From the NCBI GenBank assembly GCA_963817955.1, contig CAWFQK010000002.1, positions 992,001-1,056,000 of the forward strand: DNA of 64,000 nucleotides, in the 5' to 3' direction. Within the stretch, counting starts at the first letter, position 1. Each line of letters begins with the position of its first letter. Of the stretch, positions 47,721-58,097 are shown in pieces. The DNA is from an uncultured Gemmatimonadaceae bacterium (GTDB lineage: Bacteria > Gemmatimonadota > Gemmatimonadetes > Gemmatimonadales > Gemmatimonadaceae). The notes under the pieces were generated by a model. The model was not told the origin of the DNA. It saw only the letters and a program-made list of their open reading frames with translations, and ran no database searches. The position numbers were made by a program, and so were the translations under genes.

Positions 47721-49691
47721 ATGCTTACTTCACGACTCACCGCGACGGCTCTCCTTGCCGCCGCTCTCGCGTCGCCTCTCACCGCGCAGGCGCCCGGCGC
47801 CCAGCGTCCGCAGCGAACTCCGCCACCAGTGGACATTACTGGCGTTGGGGATACATCTATCTTCGCGCCACTCAACCTGCCAACGGGAAACGTCTACCGT
47901 AGCGGTTCAGGCATGGCGGGACCGCGCTATTTCGAGCAGCGCGCCGACTACGACTTGCGCGGAACGCTCGACACGGCCGCCAAGACCCTGCACGGCGAGA
48001 TGACACTGCGCTATACCAACAACTCGCCGGACACTTTGCGGTTCGTCTGGTTCCAGCTGGAGCAGAACGCGTTCAAGAGCGGCTCGCTCAACTCGTACGT
48101 CTTTGCCGCAAACTCGCGCTTCGGCGCCCGGAACTTCGAGGGCGGAGACGTCATCGACCGCTTCAATCAGGTGGCCGGCACGCGCCGCACGCCGCTCAAG
48201 ATGCGCGTCGAAGGCACGGTCATGAAGGTAGACCTCGTGTCACCCCTCGCCCCGGGCCAGACGGCGATGTTCGACGCGGCATGGCACTTCAACATTCCCG
48301 AACACGGCGCCGACCGCATGGGCCGTGAGGGCTCTCTGTTCGAGCTTGCCCAGTGGTATCCGCGCGTCTGCGTGTATGACGATCTCCGCGGCTGGAACAC
48401 GGAGCCCTATCTGGGACAAGGCGAATTCTATCTCGAGTACGGTAACTACAACGTGTCGATCACCGTGCCCGCCGGCTACATCGTCGCCTCGACCGGACTG
48501 TTACAGAATGCCCGCGAAGTGCTGACGCCAACGGAGATCTCGCGTCTCGCACAGGCCGCCAGATCGGAGATCCCGGTCCACATCGTCACGCAGGCCGAGC
48601 TGGAGAACGGCAGCGCCCGCCCACGGAAGACGGGGACGATGACGTGGCGCTTCGCCGCGCAGAATGTGCGCGACGCCGTCTGGGCGGCGGCCCCCGATTA
48701 CATGTGGGATGCATCGGGGTGGCAGGGCAAGCTGTCCAACGCGTACTACCGGCCGAGTGCCATCGAGACGTGGAAGGACGCGGCGGACATGGGCCGCATG
48801 TCGATCATGGAATACTCGGAGCGTTGGTTCCAGTATCCGTATCCTCAGATCAGCGTCGTCGAAGGCCCGATCAGCGGCATGGAATACCCCATGCTCGCCA
48901 TGGAGAACAAGAGCGCCGACAAGTACGATCTGTACAACGTGATCACCCACGAGATCGGGCACATGTGGTACCCGATGATCGTCGGATCGAACGAGCGAGT
49001 TCACTTCTGGCAGGACGAAGGATTCAACACCTTCATCAACTACTTCTCTGAGGCACGGCGGTATCCCGAGAAAGGATCATACGAACAGCGCGTGGCGCAT
49101 GACCGGGGGGTGGTCGAGCAGTTCATGCAACTCGGCTACGATCAGCCCATCGAGATCCCGGCGGACCGCATCAACCCGCAACTCCTCGGCGAAAACGCGT
49201 ACGTGAAGACCGCGGTCGGGTTGGCGCAGCTCCGCGACGAGATCCTCGGACCACAGGCGTTCGACGAGGCCTTCCGGGAGTACACGCGCCGCTGGGCGTT
49301 CAAGCATCCGAGTCCGTCTGACTTCTTCCACACCATGGAAGACGTGAGCGGCAAGCGCCTCGATTGGTTCTTTCGCGAGTGGTTCCTGGAAAACGTACAC
49401 TTCGACGCCGGCATCGACACGGTGGCGGAGCATCAGGTGGGCAATACCGACTCTGTCGTCGTGCGGTTCCGCAACTACGCGCGCGGCGTGCTCCCCATTC
49501 GCGTGCGCTTCACGTTCAGCGACAAGACGACACAGGATTTCGACTACCCGGCTGAAGTGTGGAGCACCAACACCAGCTTCTACGATCGCGTCTATGGGTT
49601 CACAGGCAAGACGGTGACGAAGATAGAGCTCGACCCCGATCACCGGATCGTAGATATGAGGCGCTCGAACAACGTCTGGCCACGGCCGTAG
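47721..49691 (+). CDS. M1 family metallopeptidase
   Basis: Signal peptide; GMEYP; HEIGH...QDEGFN. Confidence 0.92.
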   Translation: MLTSRLTATALLAAALASPLTAQAPGAQRPQRTPPPVDITGVGDTSIFAPLNLPTGNVYRSGSGMAGPRYFEQRADYDLRGTLDTAAKTLHGEMTLRYTNNSPDTLRFVWFQLEQNAFKSGSLNSYVFAANSRFGARNFEGGDVIDRFNQVAGTRRTPLKMRVEGTVMKVDLVSPLAPGQTAMFDAAWHFNIPEHGADRMGREGSLFELAQWYPRVCVYDDLRGWNTEPYLGQGEFYLEYGNYNVSITVPAGYIVASTGLLQNAREVLTPTEISRLAQAARSEIPVHIVTQAELENGSARPRKTGTMTWRFAAQNVRDAVWAAAPDYMWDASGWQGKLSNAYYRPSAIETWKDAADMGRMSIMEYSERWFQYPYPQISVVEGPISGMEYPMLAMENKSADKYDLYNVITHEIGHMWYPMIVGSNERVHFWQDEGFNTFINYFSEARRYPEKGSYEQRVAHDRGVVEQFMQLGYDQPIEIPADRINPQLLGENAYVKTAVGLAQLRDEILGPQAFDEAFREYTRRWAFKHPSPSDFFHTMEDVSGKRLDWFFREWFLENVHFDAGIDTVAEHQVGNTDSVVVRFRNYARGVLPIRVRFTFSDKTTQDFDYPAEVWSTNTSFYDRVYGFTGKTVTKIELDPDHRIVDMRRSNNVWPRP

Positions 49692-49703
49692 CGCTCGACC
49701 GCT

Positions 49704-50156
49704 CTACCGCTTCTTCGCCAGTATCGTTCCCCGACAGCCCGCAGCCCCGCAGTGACACGGGAATCTCCGTTTCGCCGCGGGGCTGTGTCGTTCCTCCAGG
49801 ACATACGCGTAGTCGTAGGCCAGCTCATCGCCCGGCTCGACGTCTCGAATCGTATCGATCCAGATGCGTCCGTCTTCGACGATGGCATCGCAGTTGGGGT
49901 CGCACGAATGGTTGATGAACCGCGCGTCGTTCCCGTCCACCGCCGCGTCGATGACGATGTCGTCGTCGATCGCGAACAGAAAGGTATGATGCCGCTCGCC
50001 ATCTATGTCGGGGTATCGCGCGTCGGCCTGCTGCGGAGTGAACCGCTCGCCGGCGTACTCGATCAGGCGCGTACCGGCGGCAATGCGCCGCGTCGCGAAC
50101 GCGCCCAGGCCTTGAATTGGCGAATGGCGAATCTCGAACAGCGGATCGCCGGTCAT
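49704..50156 (-). CDS. SET domain protein-lysine methyltransferase
   Basis: GLGAFA, RFINHSCDPNC, ELAYDY, post-SET CHCGAAGCRG. Confidence 0.93.
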   Translation of the reverse strand: MTGDPLFEIRHSPIQGLGAFATRRIAAGTRLIEYAGERFTPQQADARYPDIDGERHHTFLFAIDDDIVIDAAVDGNDARFINHSCDPNCDAIVEDGRIWIDTIRDVEPGDELAYDYAYVLEERHSPAAKRRFPCHCGAAGCRGTILAKKR

Positions 50157-50719
50157 GCGCGAGCGGGTTCGCGCGTCTCCACCTCCGTGACGCCGCCGGA
50201 GATGATGAACGCCATCACGTCCGCGGCGTCGGCGTTGATCCGCTCCACGCGGTTCGCCGGCACCACGAGAATGTGGCCGGCGAATCCGTAGGATTGCGGC
50301 ATGTACACCGTCACGAGATCGGCCATGCCGAGCGGCGCCAGTGAATCCGACGTGAGGAACGCCAAAACCTTCAGGGTACCGTCACCGGTGAGCGACACGA
50401 GCACTGGCTTGTCGAACCGTCGTTTCTCGCCAACGAAAGCGTTCAACATGTCCTTCGCTGAGGAATACAGCAGTCGGACGAACGGGAGCCGGTCGAACAC
50501 ACGGTCGAGTGACGCGACGACGCTCCGAGTGATGATGCTCGACGCGGTGAAGCCAACCAGCGTGATGAGTGCAAGCGCCAGAAGGAATCCAATGCCGCGG
50601 ATCGGCAATCCGAGCCAGCTATCGATGGTGGTGAAGATCATGACGCACACATAGACCGTGAGCGCCAGCGGCACCACCACGACGAGACCGCGCAGAAAAT
50701 AATTGAGGAGGCGGGACAT
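50153..50719 (-). CDS. DUF502 family membrane protein
   Basis: YFLRGLVVVVPLALT, RLPFVRLLYSS, FIISGGV. Confidence 0.88.
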   Translation of the reverse strand: MSRLLNYFLRGLVVVVPLALTVYVCVMIFTTIDSWLGLPIRGIGFLLALALITLVGFTASSIITRSVVASLDRVFDRLPFVRLLYSSAKDMLNAFVGEKRRFDKPVLVSLTGDGTLKVLAFLTSDSLAPLGMADLVTVYMPQSYGFAGHILVVPANRVERINADAADVMAFIISGGVTEVETREPARA

Positions 50720-50840
50720 GCCCTAGAAGCTAAGGCCGCTGCGGCTTTGCGTCGCGATGGCCCTCCCCTTGCCCTCACTGTGCCTGGCGCGGCGCGACGA
50801 TTCCGACAACCACCCATTAACCACCCATGAGGTCGTGACA

Positions 50841-51098
50841 ATGGGCAAGCGTGACGGGCAGCAGAAGGGAGAACAACAGCACGACGAAGGGCAGCATGGC
50901 GAGAAGACGCATGCCGCCTTCATCGACGACCTGCACGGGCGCCATGGCGGAAGCGAAGAGTCCGAGGGTGCGCCGCAAGCCGAGAATGATGCTGAGCTCT
51001 CAGACCGGCCGATTGCCGGACACCATCGCCTTTTTGAAGAGCGCGAGCAGCACGATGAAGCCGAAAAGAATAGCGAAGCCAACCGGCTCCGCCGCTGA
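50841..51098 (+). CDS. Small hydrophilic His/Glu-rich protein (85 aa)
   Basis: GAGG RBS; MGKRDGQQKGEQQHDEGQHG. Confidence 0.6.
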   Translation: MGKRDGQQKGEQQHDEGQHGEKTHAAFIDDLHGRHGGSEESEGAPQAENDAELSDRPIAGHHRLFEEREQHDEAEKNSEANRLRR

Positions 51099-51813
51099 TT
51101 TCCTTCCGCTGCGGCCAACCCTCTCGACGCTTCGCACCGCGGCGGAACACTGCCGCGGTTGCGATCTCTTCATGCTCGGCACCCAGACGGTGTTCGGCGA
51201 AGGGCCGAGCGATGCGCGCGTCGTTCTGGTAGGCGAGCAACCTGGTGACCAGGAGGACCGGGCCGGGCGACCGTTCGTCGGCCCCTCCGGCGCGCTGCTC
51301 GACCGCGCATTGGCCGCCGCGGGCATTGCGCGGGAAGACGTCTACGTCACGAACGCAGTCAAACATTTCAAATGGGCAAAGGACGCACGTACCAAGCGGC
51401 GCATTCACAAGTCGCCAAACGTCGGGGAGATTCGAGCCTGCTTTCCCTGGTTGGCCAACGAGATCGCGCTGTTGAAGCCCGACGTCATCGTCTGTCTCGG
51501 CGCCATCGCAGCCAAGACGCTGCTCGGCCGAACGTTCAGCGTGATGAAATCCCGGGGCGTCGCCGTGAAATCGGAGTGGGCCGCGGCGGTGTTCGCCACG
51601 GTTCATCCGTCGGCCGTGCTGCGCGCCCCGCGCGAACAACGGGTCCTGGCAGAGCGACTCTTCACGGCCGACATGCGCAGTGTTGGTCGCTATCTGGCAC
51701 AACACACTGACGACGGGCGCACCGGCCGCCGACCCCGTACATTTGCGGCATGGCCACTTATCGATCGTCAGTCACCTACCTCAAGCGCGCCGACCCGGTC
51801 CTCGCGCGCGTAA
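51055..51813 (+). CDS. udgX: UdgX-type family 4 uracil-DNA glycosylase
   Basis: CRGCDL, GEQPGDQED..GRPFVG, TNAVKHFKW, KRRIH, TVHPS. Confidence 0.9.
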   Translation: MKPKRIAKPTGSAADFLPLRPTLSTLRTAAEHCRGCDLFMLGTQTVFGEGPSDARVVLVGEQPGDQEDRAGRPFVGPSGALLDRALAAAGIAREDVYVTNAVKHFKWAKDARTKRRIHKSPNVGEIRACFPWLANEIALLKPDVIVCLGAIAAKTLLGRTFSVMKSRGVAVKSEWAAAVFATVHPSAVLRAPREQRVLAERLFTADMRSVGRYLAQHTDDGRTGRRPRTFAAWPLIDRQSPTSSAPTRSSRA

Positions 51814-52382
51814 TCGAGGCCGTTGGACCGTGCCGGCTGCAGCTTCGCACGGACGGCACGCACTACGAGGCTCTCACGCGATCGATCGTGTTTCAGCAGC
51901 TCTCGGGCAAAGCCGCGGGAACCATTTTCTCGCGATTCAACGCTTTGTACCCTGACGCCTCTCCCACACCGACACAGGTGCTCGACACGGACGATGAACG
52001 GCTCCGTGCCGTCGGGCTCTCGCGACAGAAGATCGGATACCTGAGAGATCTTTCAACGAAGATCGCGACCGGCGAATTGACCCTCGATGCCGTCGAACAC
52101 ATGAGCGACGATGATCTCATCGCGCACCTGATTCAGGTGAAAGGCATCGGCCGCTGGACGGCGCAGATGTTCCTCATGTTCCGGCTCGGCCGATCGGACG
52201 TGTTACCCGAGCTGGACCTCGGCATTCAAAACGCCATTCACCGTGCCTACCGCACGCGCACACGGCCCACGCCCAAACAGGTCAAGAAGATCGGCGCCAA
52301 GTGGACACCGCACAGTACCGTCGCGTGTTGGTACCTCTGGCGCTCGCTCGATAACGGAGACGGACAGCTCGGTACGGACTGA
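51750..52382 (+). CDS. alkA: DNA-3-methyladenine glycosylase II (AlkA family)
   Basis: IVFQQLSGKAA, GLSRQK, VKGIGRWTAQMFLMF, DLGIQ, CWYLW. Confidence 0.9.
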   Translation: MATYRSSVTYLKRADPVLARVIEAVGPCRLQLRTDGTHYEALTRSIVFQQLSGKAAGTIFSRFNALYPDASPTPTQVLDTDDERLRAVGLSRQKIGYLRDLSTKIATGELTLDAVEHMSDDDLIAHLIQVKGIGRWTAQMFLMFRLGRSDVLPELDLGIQNAIHRAYRTRTRPTPKQVKKIGAKWTPHSTVACWYLWRSLDNGDGQLGTD

Positions 52383-52506
52383 ACCGTGGACGCGCGGTTG
52401 GTGTGAGGCTGATACTCGCGGGTACGTCGCTCGTCTGATTACAGGACAGATCGGCATACGGAAGCGATGACGCCTCCATCAGCAAACACAGACTGCGCCA
52501 GAAGCC

Positions 52507-54888
52507 ATGGCGCCGCGTTCAGTGCTTTCTCTCGAGCGTAAGCTTCCACTGCTGATTTTCGGCATCCTCGCCGTGGTGCTCGCCGCAACGCTGGGCGCAT
52601 CCTACTACGAGATCCGCCGATCGGCAGAGATCGCCGCGGCTGATCGCCTGTCCAGCTTGTCACAGGTGCTCGCGTCCTCCGTGCAGCAGCAAACTGCGAC
52701 ACGGCTCGCGACCATGCACCGCGCGGCGGCGGATACGGCGATCATCGCGGCGTTCCGCACGCCTGCGCAGAAGCCGATGGAAGCGGACGCGGCCCTGTCG
52801 GCTCTCAGAATGGGGAACGACAGCGCCAATCCGCTTCAACTGGTCACACGCGATGGACGCGTCGTGGGCGAACTGCGGTCGACGACGCCGGCGGAACTCG
52901 AACACCTCCGCGACGAGTTGCGTTCGTTCGCCAGATCGCCCGATAGTAGTCACATCGGCCCCCTCTTCGTCGAGAACGGCCGCGCATCCTACTGGATCGC
53001 CGTGCCCGTCAGTCAGCGTGGACGTGTCATAGGCTACCTGGCGCAGGAAAGACGCGTCAATAGCAATCCGCGCTCGCTGCAACCATTACGCGACTTGATC
53101 GGCGCGGACATCGCGTTGTATTACCGCAACGCGAGCGACGACCTCTGGGTAGAGCTCAGCGGCACCGTGACGTCGCCGCCGACGCATGTCTACGCATATG
53201 GCAACCTGAAGGTCATGACGCACGCGTCGTCTGGACCGGCGCTCGCCGCGACCGTGCCGGTCAGTGGCACACCATTCATGATGACGCTCGAGTACCCGAT
53301 GCAAGCGATGTACGAGCGCCCTCGTGCCATGATCCGAGCCCTCGCGGAAATGGCCGTTCTACTCGCCGTCGTCGGCGCCGCCTTGGCCTGGATCATCAGC
53401 CGCCGTTTCACACGGCCGCTGGTCGAGTTGACGGGCGCCGCCGAAGCGATGGCCCACGGACGCTATTCGCAGCGCGTCGAGACGCGCGGCCGTGACGAGA
53501 TCGGACGGCTTGGAACGTCGTTCAATCGGATGGCCGAACAGGTGCAAGTCTCCTCGGACGCCTCGGCGCTCGCGGTCCAGCGGCTCACACGATCGGTGAC
53601 GACACAGGAATTCCTCGCCGAAGCAAGCCGGATTCTCGCTTCATCTCTGTCCGACGAATCATTGCTTCCCGACCTTGCACGCTACTGCGTGCCGACGCTG
53701 GCCGACTATTGCAGCATTCACGTGTTGGACGGCGACAGCGCGCTACGCCGCGTCGAGACCGCGCACTACGACGCGGCCCAGCAAGGTGCCGTACGCGAGC
53801 TGGTCCAACGGTATCAGCACAGCGTCAACGGCGACGGCCCGGTACCGGAGGTCATGCGATCACAGCGAGCCCTACTGGTTCCACGCGTGGATCGCGCGGC
53901 GGTAGCTGCGCAGGCGGCCGATTCGTCCACACATAGTCTGCTCGAAATCGTCGGCCCGACGTCTTTCCTGTGCGTCCCACTCATCGCGCGCGGCCGCGCG
54001 CTCGGCGCAATTTCGTTCACAATGACTGATTCCGGTCGTGTGTTCGGCGAGGAGGACGTCGAAGTCGCCATGGAGCTCGGACGCCGCACAGCGGTCGCGA
54101 TCGACAACGCGATCATGTATCGCACGTCGCTCGCCCTGCGCGCCGAAGCGGAAGCAGCGAGTAACGCGAAATCAGAGTTTCTGGCGAAGATGAGCCATGA
54201 GATCCGCACGCCGATCAATGCAATGCTGGGCTATGCAGAGTTGCTCCAACTGGAAATCGCCGGCCCCATCAATGCGACGCAGGGCAAACAGCTCTCGCGG
54301 ATCCGCACGAGCGGCGATCATCTCACGACCCTCGTGAACGAGATCCTCGACCTGGCGAAGATCGAGGCCGGTCGGATGAGTCTCGATCCGAGAGTTGGGA
54401 TTGCCAGCGACGCTGCAGAGTCCGCCCTCTCGCTGGTGCGGCCGGCCGCCGACGCGAAGGGTGTGCACATCGAGCCGACGATTGGCGGGGAGCCGTTGGC
54501 GCAGTACGTTGGCGATCCCCAGCGGGTTCAGCAAATCCTCACGAACTTGCTTTCGAACGCAGTGAAGTTCACGCCTGCAGGCGGCCATGTTTCGGTGCGG
54601 TGCGGGCGCGACCGGCGCAAGGATCTGCCGGACGACGAAACGCAGCGCCAATGGGCCTGCCTGGCCGTGGAGGACACAGGGATCGGCATCTCTCCGGACG
54701 ACATTCGGCGGATCTTCCAACCGTTTGTCCAGGTGCAGAACGGGTATACGCGCTCGCACGGCGGAACCGGCCTCGGCCTATCGATTAGCCGAAACCTTGC
54801 CCAGATGATGGGCGGAGACATCACGGTGAGCAGCGTGCCCGGAGAAGGATCGCGTTTCGTGCTTTGGCTGCCGGCGGCAGCTGCCTGA
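52507..54888 (+). CDS. Membrane sensor histidine kinase (periplasmic domain, HAMP, GAF, HisKA, HATPase)
   Basis: DEIGRLGTSFNRM, MSHEIRTP, NLLSNAVKFT, DTGIGI, GTGLGL. Confidence 0.93.
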   Translation: MAPRSVLSLERKLPLLIFGILAVVLAATLGASYYEIRRSAEIAAADRLSSLSQVLASSVQQQTATRLATMHRAAADTAIIAAFRTPAQKPMEADAALSALRMGNDSANPLQLVTRDGRVVGELRSTTPAELEHLRDELRSFARSPDSSHIGPLFVENGRASYWIAVPVSQRGRVIGYLAQERRVNSNPRSLQPLRDLIGADIALYYRNASDDLWVELSGTVTSPPTHVYAYGNLKVMTHASSGPALAATVPVSGTPFMMTLEYPMQAMYERPRAMIRALAEMAVLLAVVGAALAWIISRRFTRPLVELTGAAEAMAHGRYSQRVETRGRDEIGRLGTSFNRMAEQVQVSSDASALAVQRLTRSVTTQEFLAEASRILASSLSDESLLPDLARYCVPTLADYCSIHVLDGDSALRRVETAHYDAAQQGAVRELVQRYQHSVNGDGPVPEVMRSQRALLVPRVDRAAVAAQAADSSTHSLLEIVGPTSFLCVPLIARGRALGAISFTMTDSGRVFGEEDVEVAMELGRRTAVAIDNAIMYRTSLALRAEAEAASNAKSEFLAKMSHEIRTPINAMLGYAELLQLEIAGPINATQGKQLSRIRTSGDHLTTLVNEILDLAKIEAGRMSLDPRVGIASDAAESALSLVRPAADAKGVHIEPTIGGEPLAQYVGDPQRVQQILTNLLSNAVKFTPAGGHVSVRCGRDRRKDLPDDETQRQWACLAVEDTGIGISPDDIRRIFQPFVQVQNGYTRSHGGTGLGLSISRNLAQMMGGDITVSSVPGEGSRFVLWLPAAAA

Positions 54889-54923
54889 ACGAAGCCTGGG
54901 CAGAGGCAACCTATCGCTCCACG

Positions 54924-55571
54924 TCAGGTGTCACCGAGCAGCGCAGTGCATGTCAGGCTTACAGCCGCACCGAGCAGCCATCCGCCGACGACATCCGTGG
55001 CCCAGTGATCGTCGGCGATCACACGGTACGCGCCCATCGCGGCTGGCGGTCCGAGGCCAATCGCTACCGCGGCCGGCGTGGAGAGCAAACCGCGGCGATG
55101 GAGGATGCGAGCAGTCGTGAGCGCGAGCGCGGTGGCACCCGTGGTATGGCCGCTGGGATAACTATCGGTGCGCCGCCGCGTGCCACGACGATGGGGCCGC
55201 GCGCGATGAAAGACCAATTTCACGCCGCGATGCGCGAGCCAGCCGACCCATGCTGACGTAACGATCGCTGGGCCGCCGCGCGCCTGCCGACGCCTCATCA
55301 AGTGGGCTGTTGCGTAGGCGATCGTGAGGCAGCCGCCCGGCAGACCGATGGGATACAGTGGTGAGAGCGCCCGCGCCGTCGCTCGGACCGACGGACGCCG
55401 TGCCGCGCCGCGCACACGCTCGTCGAGCAAGGGCGGTGACGCAGGATTCAATCCCTTGGCGAGTAATGCAACCGCGCCAAAGGCCGCTGCAGCAAGCGCG
55501 ATCTGCGGCGTGGCACTGGCCGAGACGCGCCGAACCGATCTTCCAACGATTCGAGGTTCTGGCACGCTCAC
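54924..55571 (-). CDS. PAP2 family phosphatase
   Basis: KLVFHRARP, SYPSGH, YRVIADDHWATDV; start uncertain. Confidence 0.8.
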   Translation of the reverse strand: MSVPEPRIVGRSVRRVSASATPQIALAAAAFGAVALLAKGLNPASPPLLDERVRGAARRPSVRATARALSPLYPIGLPGGCLTIAYATAHLMRRRQARGGPAIVTSAWVGWLAHRGVKLVFHRARPHRRGTRRRTDSYPSGHTTGATALALTTARILHRRGLLSTPAAVAIGLGPPAAMGAYRVIADDHWATDVVGGWLLGAAVSLTCTALLGDT

Positions 55572-55621
55572 GGCTCATGCACGCGCCGAGCCAGAGCGAG
55601 CCGAGCACGGGCAATAACAAA

Positions 55622-56893
55622 TCATCTTTCGTTCTTGTAGACCTTCCCCCCCTTCATCACGAACATCACGCGGCGCAACGCGGTGATGTCTTTCGTCGGA
55701 TCACCCTGCACCGCTATGAGATCCGCCTGCATGCCCGGCGCGATGCTGCCGATCTGATCGCCCAGTCCAAGCGCCTCGGCGCCGAGTGAGGTGGCGGAGG
55801 TGATCGCTTCCAGCGGCGTTTGGCCGCCCGCCTGAACGCGGCAGACCAGCTCCTCGGCGTTACGACCGTGCGCGCCGGCCACCGCATCCGTGCCAAACAC
55901 CACTTTCAACCCGGGTGTCTTCAGCGCGCGCTTGAACATCTCGGTTGCCGTGGGGATCGCTTTCTCCATCGATGCGAAGCCCGCCTCGTTGTAGTTGCCA
56001 ATGCCTTCATACTTCGCGCGATTGTCCAGATAATTTCGGAATACCAGGCAAATCTGCGGATCGAAATAGACGCCGCGATCGGCCATCAGTTTCAGCACGT
56101 CATCGTTGGCGAACACGCCATGGTCGACCTGGCTGCAGCCGGCGAGAACTGCCGCCTGAATGCTCTCCGAGCTGTGTGCGTGCACCATGGTTCGCAGCCC
56201 TTGTGCCTTGGCCTCGCCGCAGATGGCCTGGAGCTGCTCGGCGGTCATCGTGAGCGCGCCACCGTCGCGGATGCTCGCCGATGCGAAGATCTTGATGAAG
56301 TCCGCGCCCTCCGCCTTACGCTTCCGCACGAGCGCGCGCAGCGAATCGGGCGTGAGACGTGTCGGGCTGTTGAAGGGATTCAAAGACGTGATGACGCGCG
56401 GCCCCGGGATCTGCCCGAGCGCAATCCACTCACGCAGATCCTTGTCTTCCGCCGAGCCCGGACTCTGAACGGTCGTGAAGCCCGCCATCAGCGTGGCATA
56501 CGCATTCCCTGCCGTGGACAGCATCGACTCTACCGGCGTGTCGCCGTCCCCTCGCGTGTGGTAACGCCCCTGGCGATTGAAGTACCAGGTGAGATGGGAA
56601 TGTCCATCGATCATCCCGGGGAGCAGCGTGAGCCCCTTCAGATCGTACGTGGCCGCGCCGGTCGCGGCCTTCTCCAATTTCGAGATCTTGCCGTCTTGCA
56701 CGATGACACTGCCACCGTGGATGACATGACCCTTGCCGTCGAGAATTTGATCGGCATGGATGACGATGGGCTTCGGCAACGCCGAGGGAGTCATGACGGG
56801 GGCCTGCGCGAGGGAAGGGGGCGGCGGCGACAACAAGCAACAGAGAGCGCATTGAGTAATCCAATGAATGACGACGCGAGAGCTTACGCTCAT
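55622..56893 (-). CDS. Amidohydrolase family protein (secreted)
   Basis: LPGMIDGHSH, DFIKIFA, VHAH, DHG, FGTDA; start uncertain. Confidence 0.9.
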   Translation of the reverse strand: MSVSSRVVIHWITQCALCCLLSPPPPSLAQAPVMTPSALPKPIVIHADQILDGKGHVIHGGSVIVQDGKISKLEKAATGAATYDLKGLTLLPGMIDGHSHLTWYFNRQGRYHTRGDGDTPVESMLSTAGNAYATLMAGFTTVQSPGSAEDKDLREWIALGQIPGPRVITSLNPFNSPTRLTPDSLRALVRKRKAEGADFIKIFASASIRDGGALTMTAEQLQAICGEAKAQGLRTMVHAHSSESIQAAVLAGCSQVDHGVFANDDVLKLMADRGVYFDPQICLVFRNYLDNRAKYEGIGNYNEAGFASMEKAIPTATEMFKRALKTPGLKVVFGTDAVAGAHGRNAEELVCRVQAGGQTPLEAITSATSLGAEALGLGDQIGSIAPGMQADLIAVQGDPTKDITALRRVMFVMKGGKVYKNER

Positions 56894-56959
56894 CGGCACT
56901 CAGAATCCAGATGCGCCTCCGCACAAGCGATGTCAGACTCGCCCGGCGTCGACCTTCCC

Positions 56960-58054
56960 TCAGGCCGACAGGGCGGCCGGGTGCGCGATGTAGTACCCCT
57001 GCACGTATGTCGCACCGCGCTCACGATTCCACGCCAACTCCTCGCTCGTTTCCACACCTTCGGCGATCGTTTCGATATGCAGGCGGACGGCCAGATCCAT
57101 CAGCCGCTCGGCGTCGCCGAGATGTGGAAGTGGCGACGTGCGCACTCGTTCCATGTCCAGCTTGATGTAATCCGGACGTACTTCGCTCACGAGGTGGCGC
57201 GAGTAGTCGGCACATCCAATGTCGTCCAGCGCGACGCGGAACCCTGCCTGCCGTACTGAATCGACGACGGCACGAAGCTGCCGCACGTCGCTCGCATCCT
57301 CGGCGTCGGTCACCTCGAAGACCACGCGCTCGCGCGCAAGGTCAGCGGCATCGATCGCTTCGATGGTTGGCACCAGCGCATGGACGCCTTCGCGTACTGC
57401 GTCCACCGTAAAGTTGAGGAAGAGCTGTTGTCGGTCGTCGTAGGTTCCGGCGGAGCGGATCGCCGAACGTCGCGCCGCACAGTCCAGTTCCGGCACCATG
57501 CCGCAACCGCGAGCCGCATGGAACAGCGGACCCGGCGACATCGTTCGTCCGTCTTGGCCAATCCCCCGGACGAACGCTTCATAGCCGAACACATGCGACG
57601 TCTCATCGGCACGCACGATCGGCTGAAAGACGCTCGTCAACCGGTCACCGCGCAAGATTTCAACGAACCACGACGACACGTGGATCTGCCGCAGTTCGTG
57701 AATGGTGCGTACACGGTGAATGTCATCGACCTCGAGATCATCAGCGCCGATCTTGAAGACGCACCGCGTATCCGCGCCTTCGTCCATCGTCAGAAAGTCG
57801 GCGAGATCGAGCAGCAGCTCTTCCGGATAGCCTTCCGGCGCATCGACCGTCAGCGCGCCCGTCGCCGTCATCGTGAACGGACGATCGAGCTGGACGAGGT
57901 AACGACGGACCTTCCGCAACGCGAGTCCGACCGGGAACCAAAGGAACAATCGCCCCGGTTCGACGGTCCGTGACGGCGCATCGTCATATCCGCCAGGTAC
58001 AACTGCGAGCCGTACCATGTCGCCCCGGACCCGTGGTGAGTGAAGGTGCTGCAT
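56960..58054 (-). CDS. EAL domain protein (c-di-GMP phosphodiesterase family)
   Basis: FQPIV, YEAFVR, LFLNF, FEVT, ALDDIG, IKLD, IAEGVET, VQGYY; start uncertain. Confidence 0.88.
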   Translation of the reverse strand: MQHLHSPRVRGDMVRLAVVPGGYDDAPSRTVEPGRLFLWFPVGLALRKVRRYLVQLDRPFTMTATGALTVDAPEGYPEELLLDLADFLTMDEGADTRCVFKIGADDLEVDDIHRVRTIHELRQIHVSSWFVEILRGDRLTSVFQPIVRADETSHVFGYEAFVRGIGQDGRTMSPGPLFHAARGCGMVPELDCAARRSAIRSAGTYDDRQQLFLNFTVDAVREGVHALVPTIEAIDAADLARERVVFEVTDAEDASDVRQLRAVVDSVRQAGFRVALDDIGCADYSRHLVSEVRPDYIKLDMERVRTSPLPHLGDAERLMDLAVRLHIETIAEGVETSEELAWNRERGATYVQGYYIAHPAALSA

Positions 58055-58097
58055 TCACTCATCAGTATCGGCCCCGCGGGGACACGACTTTATGTCA

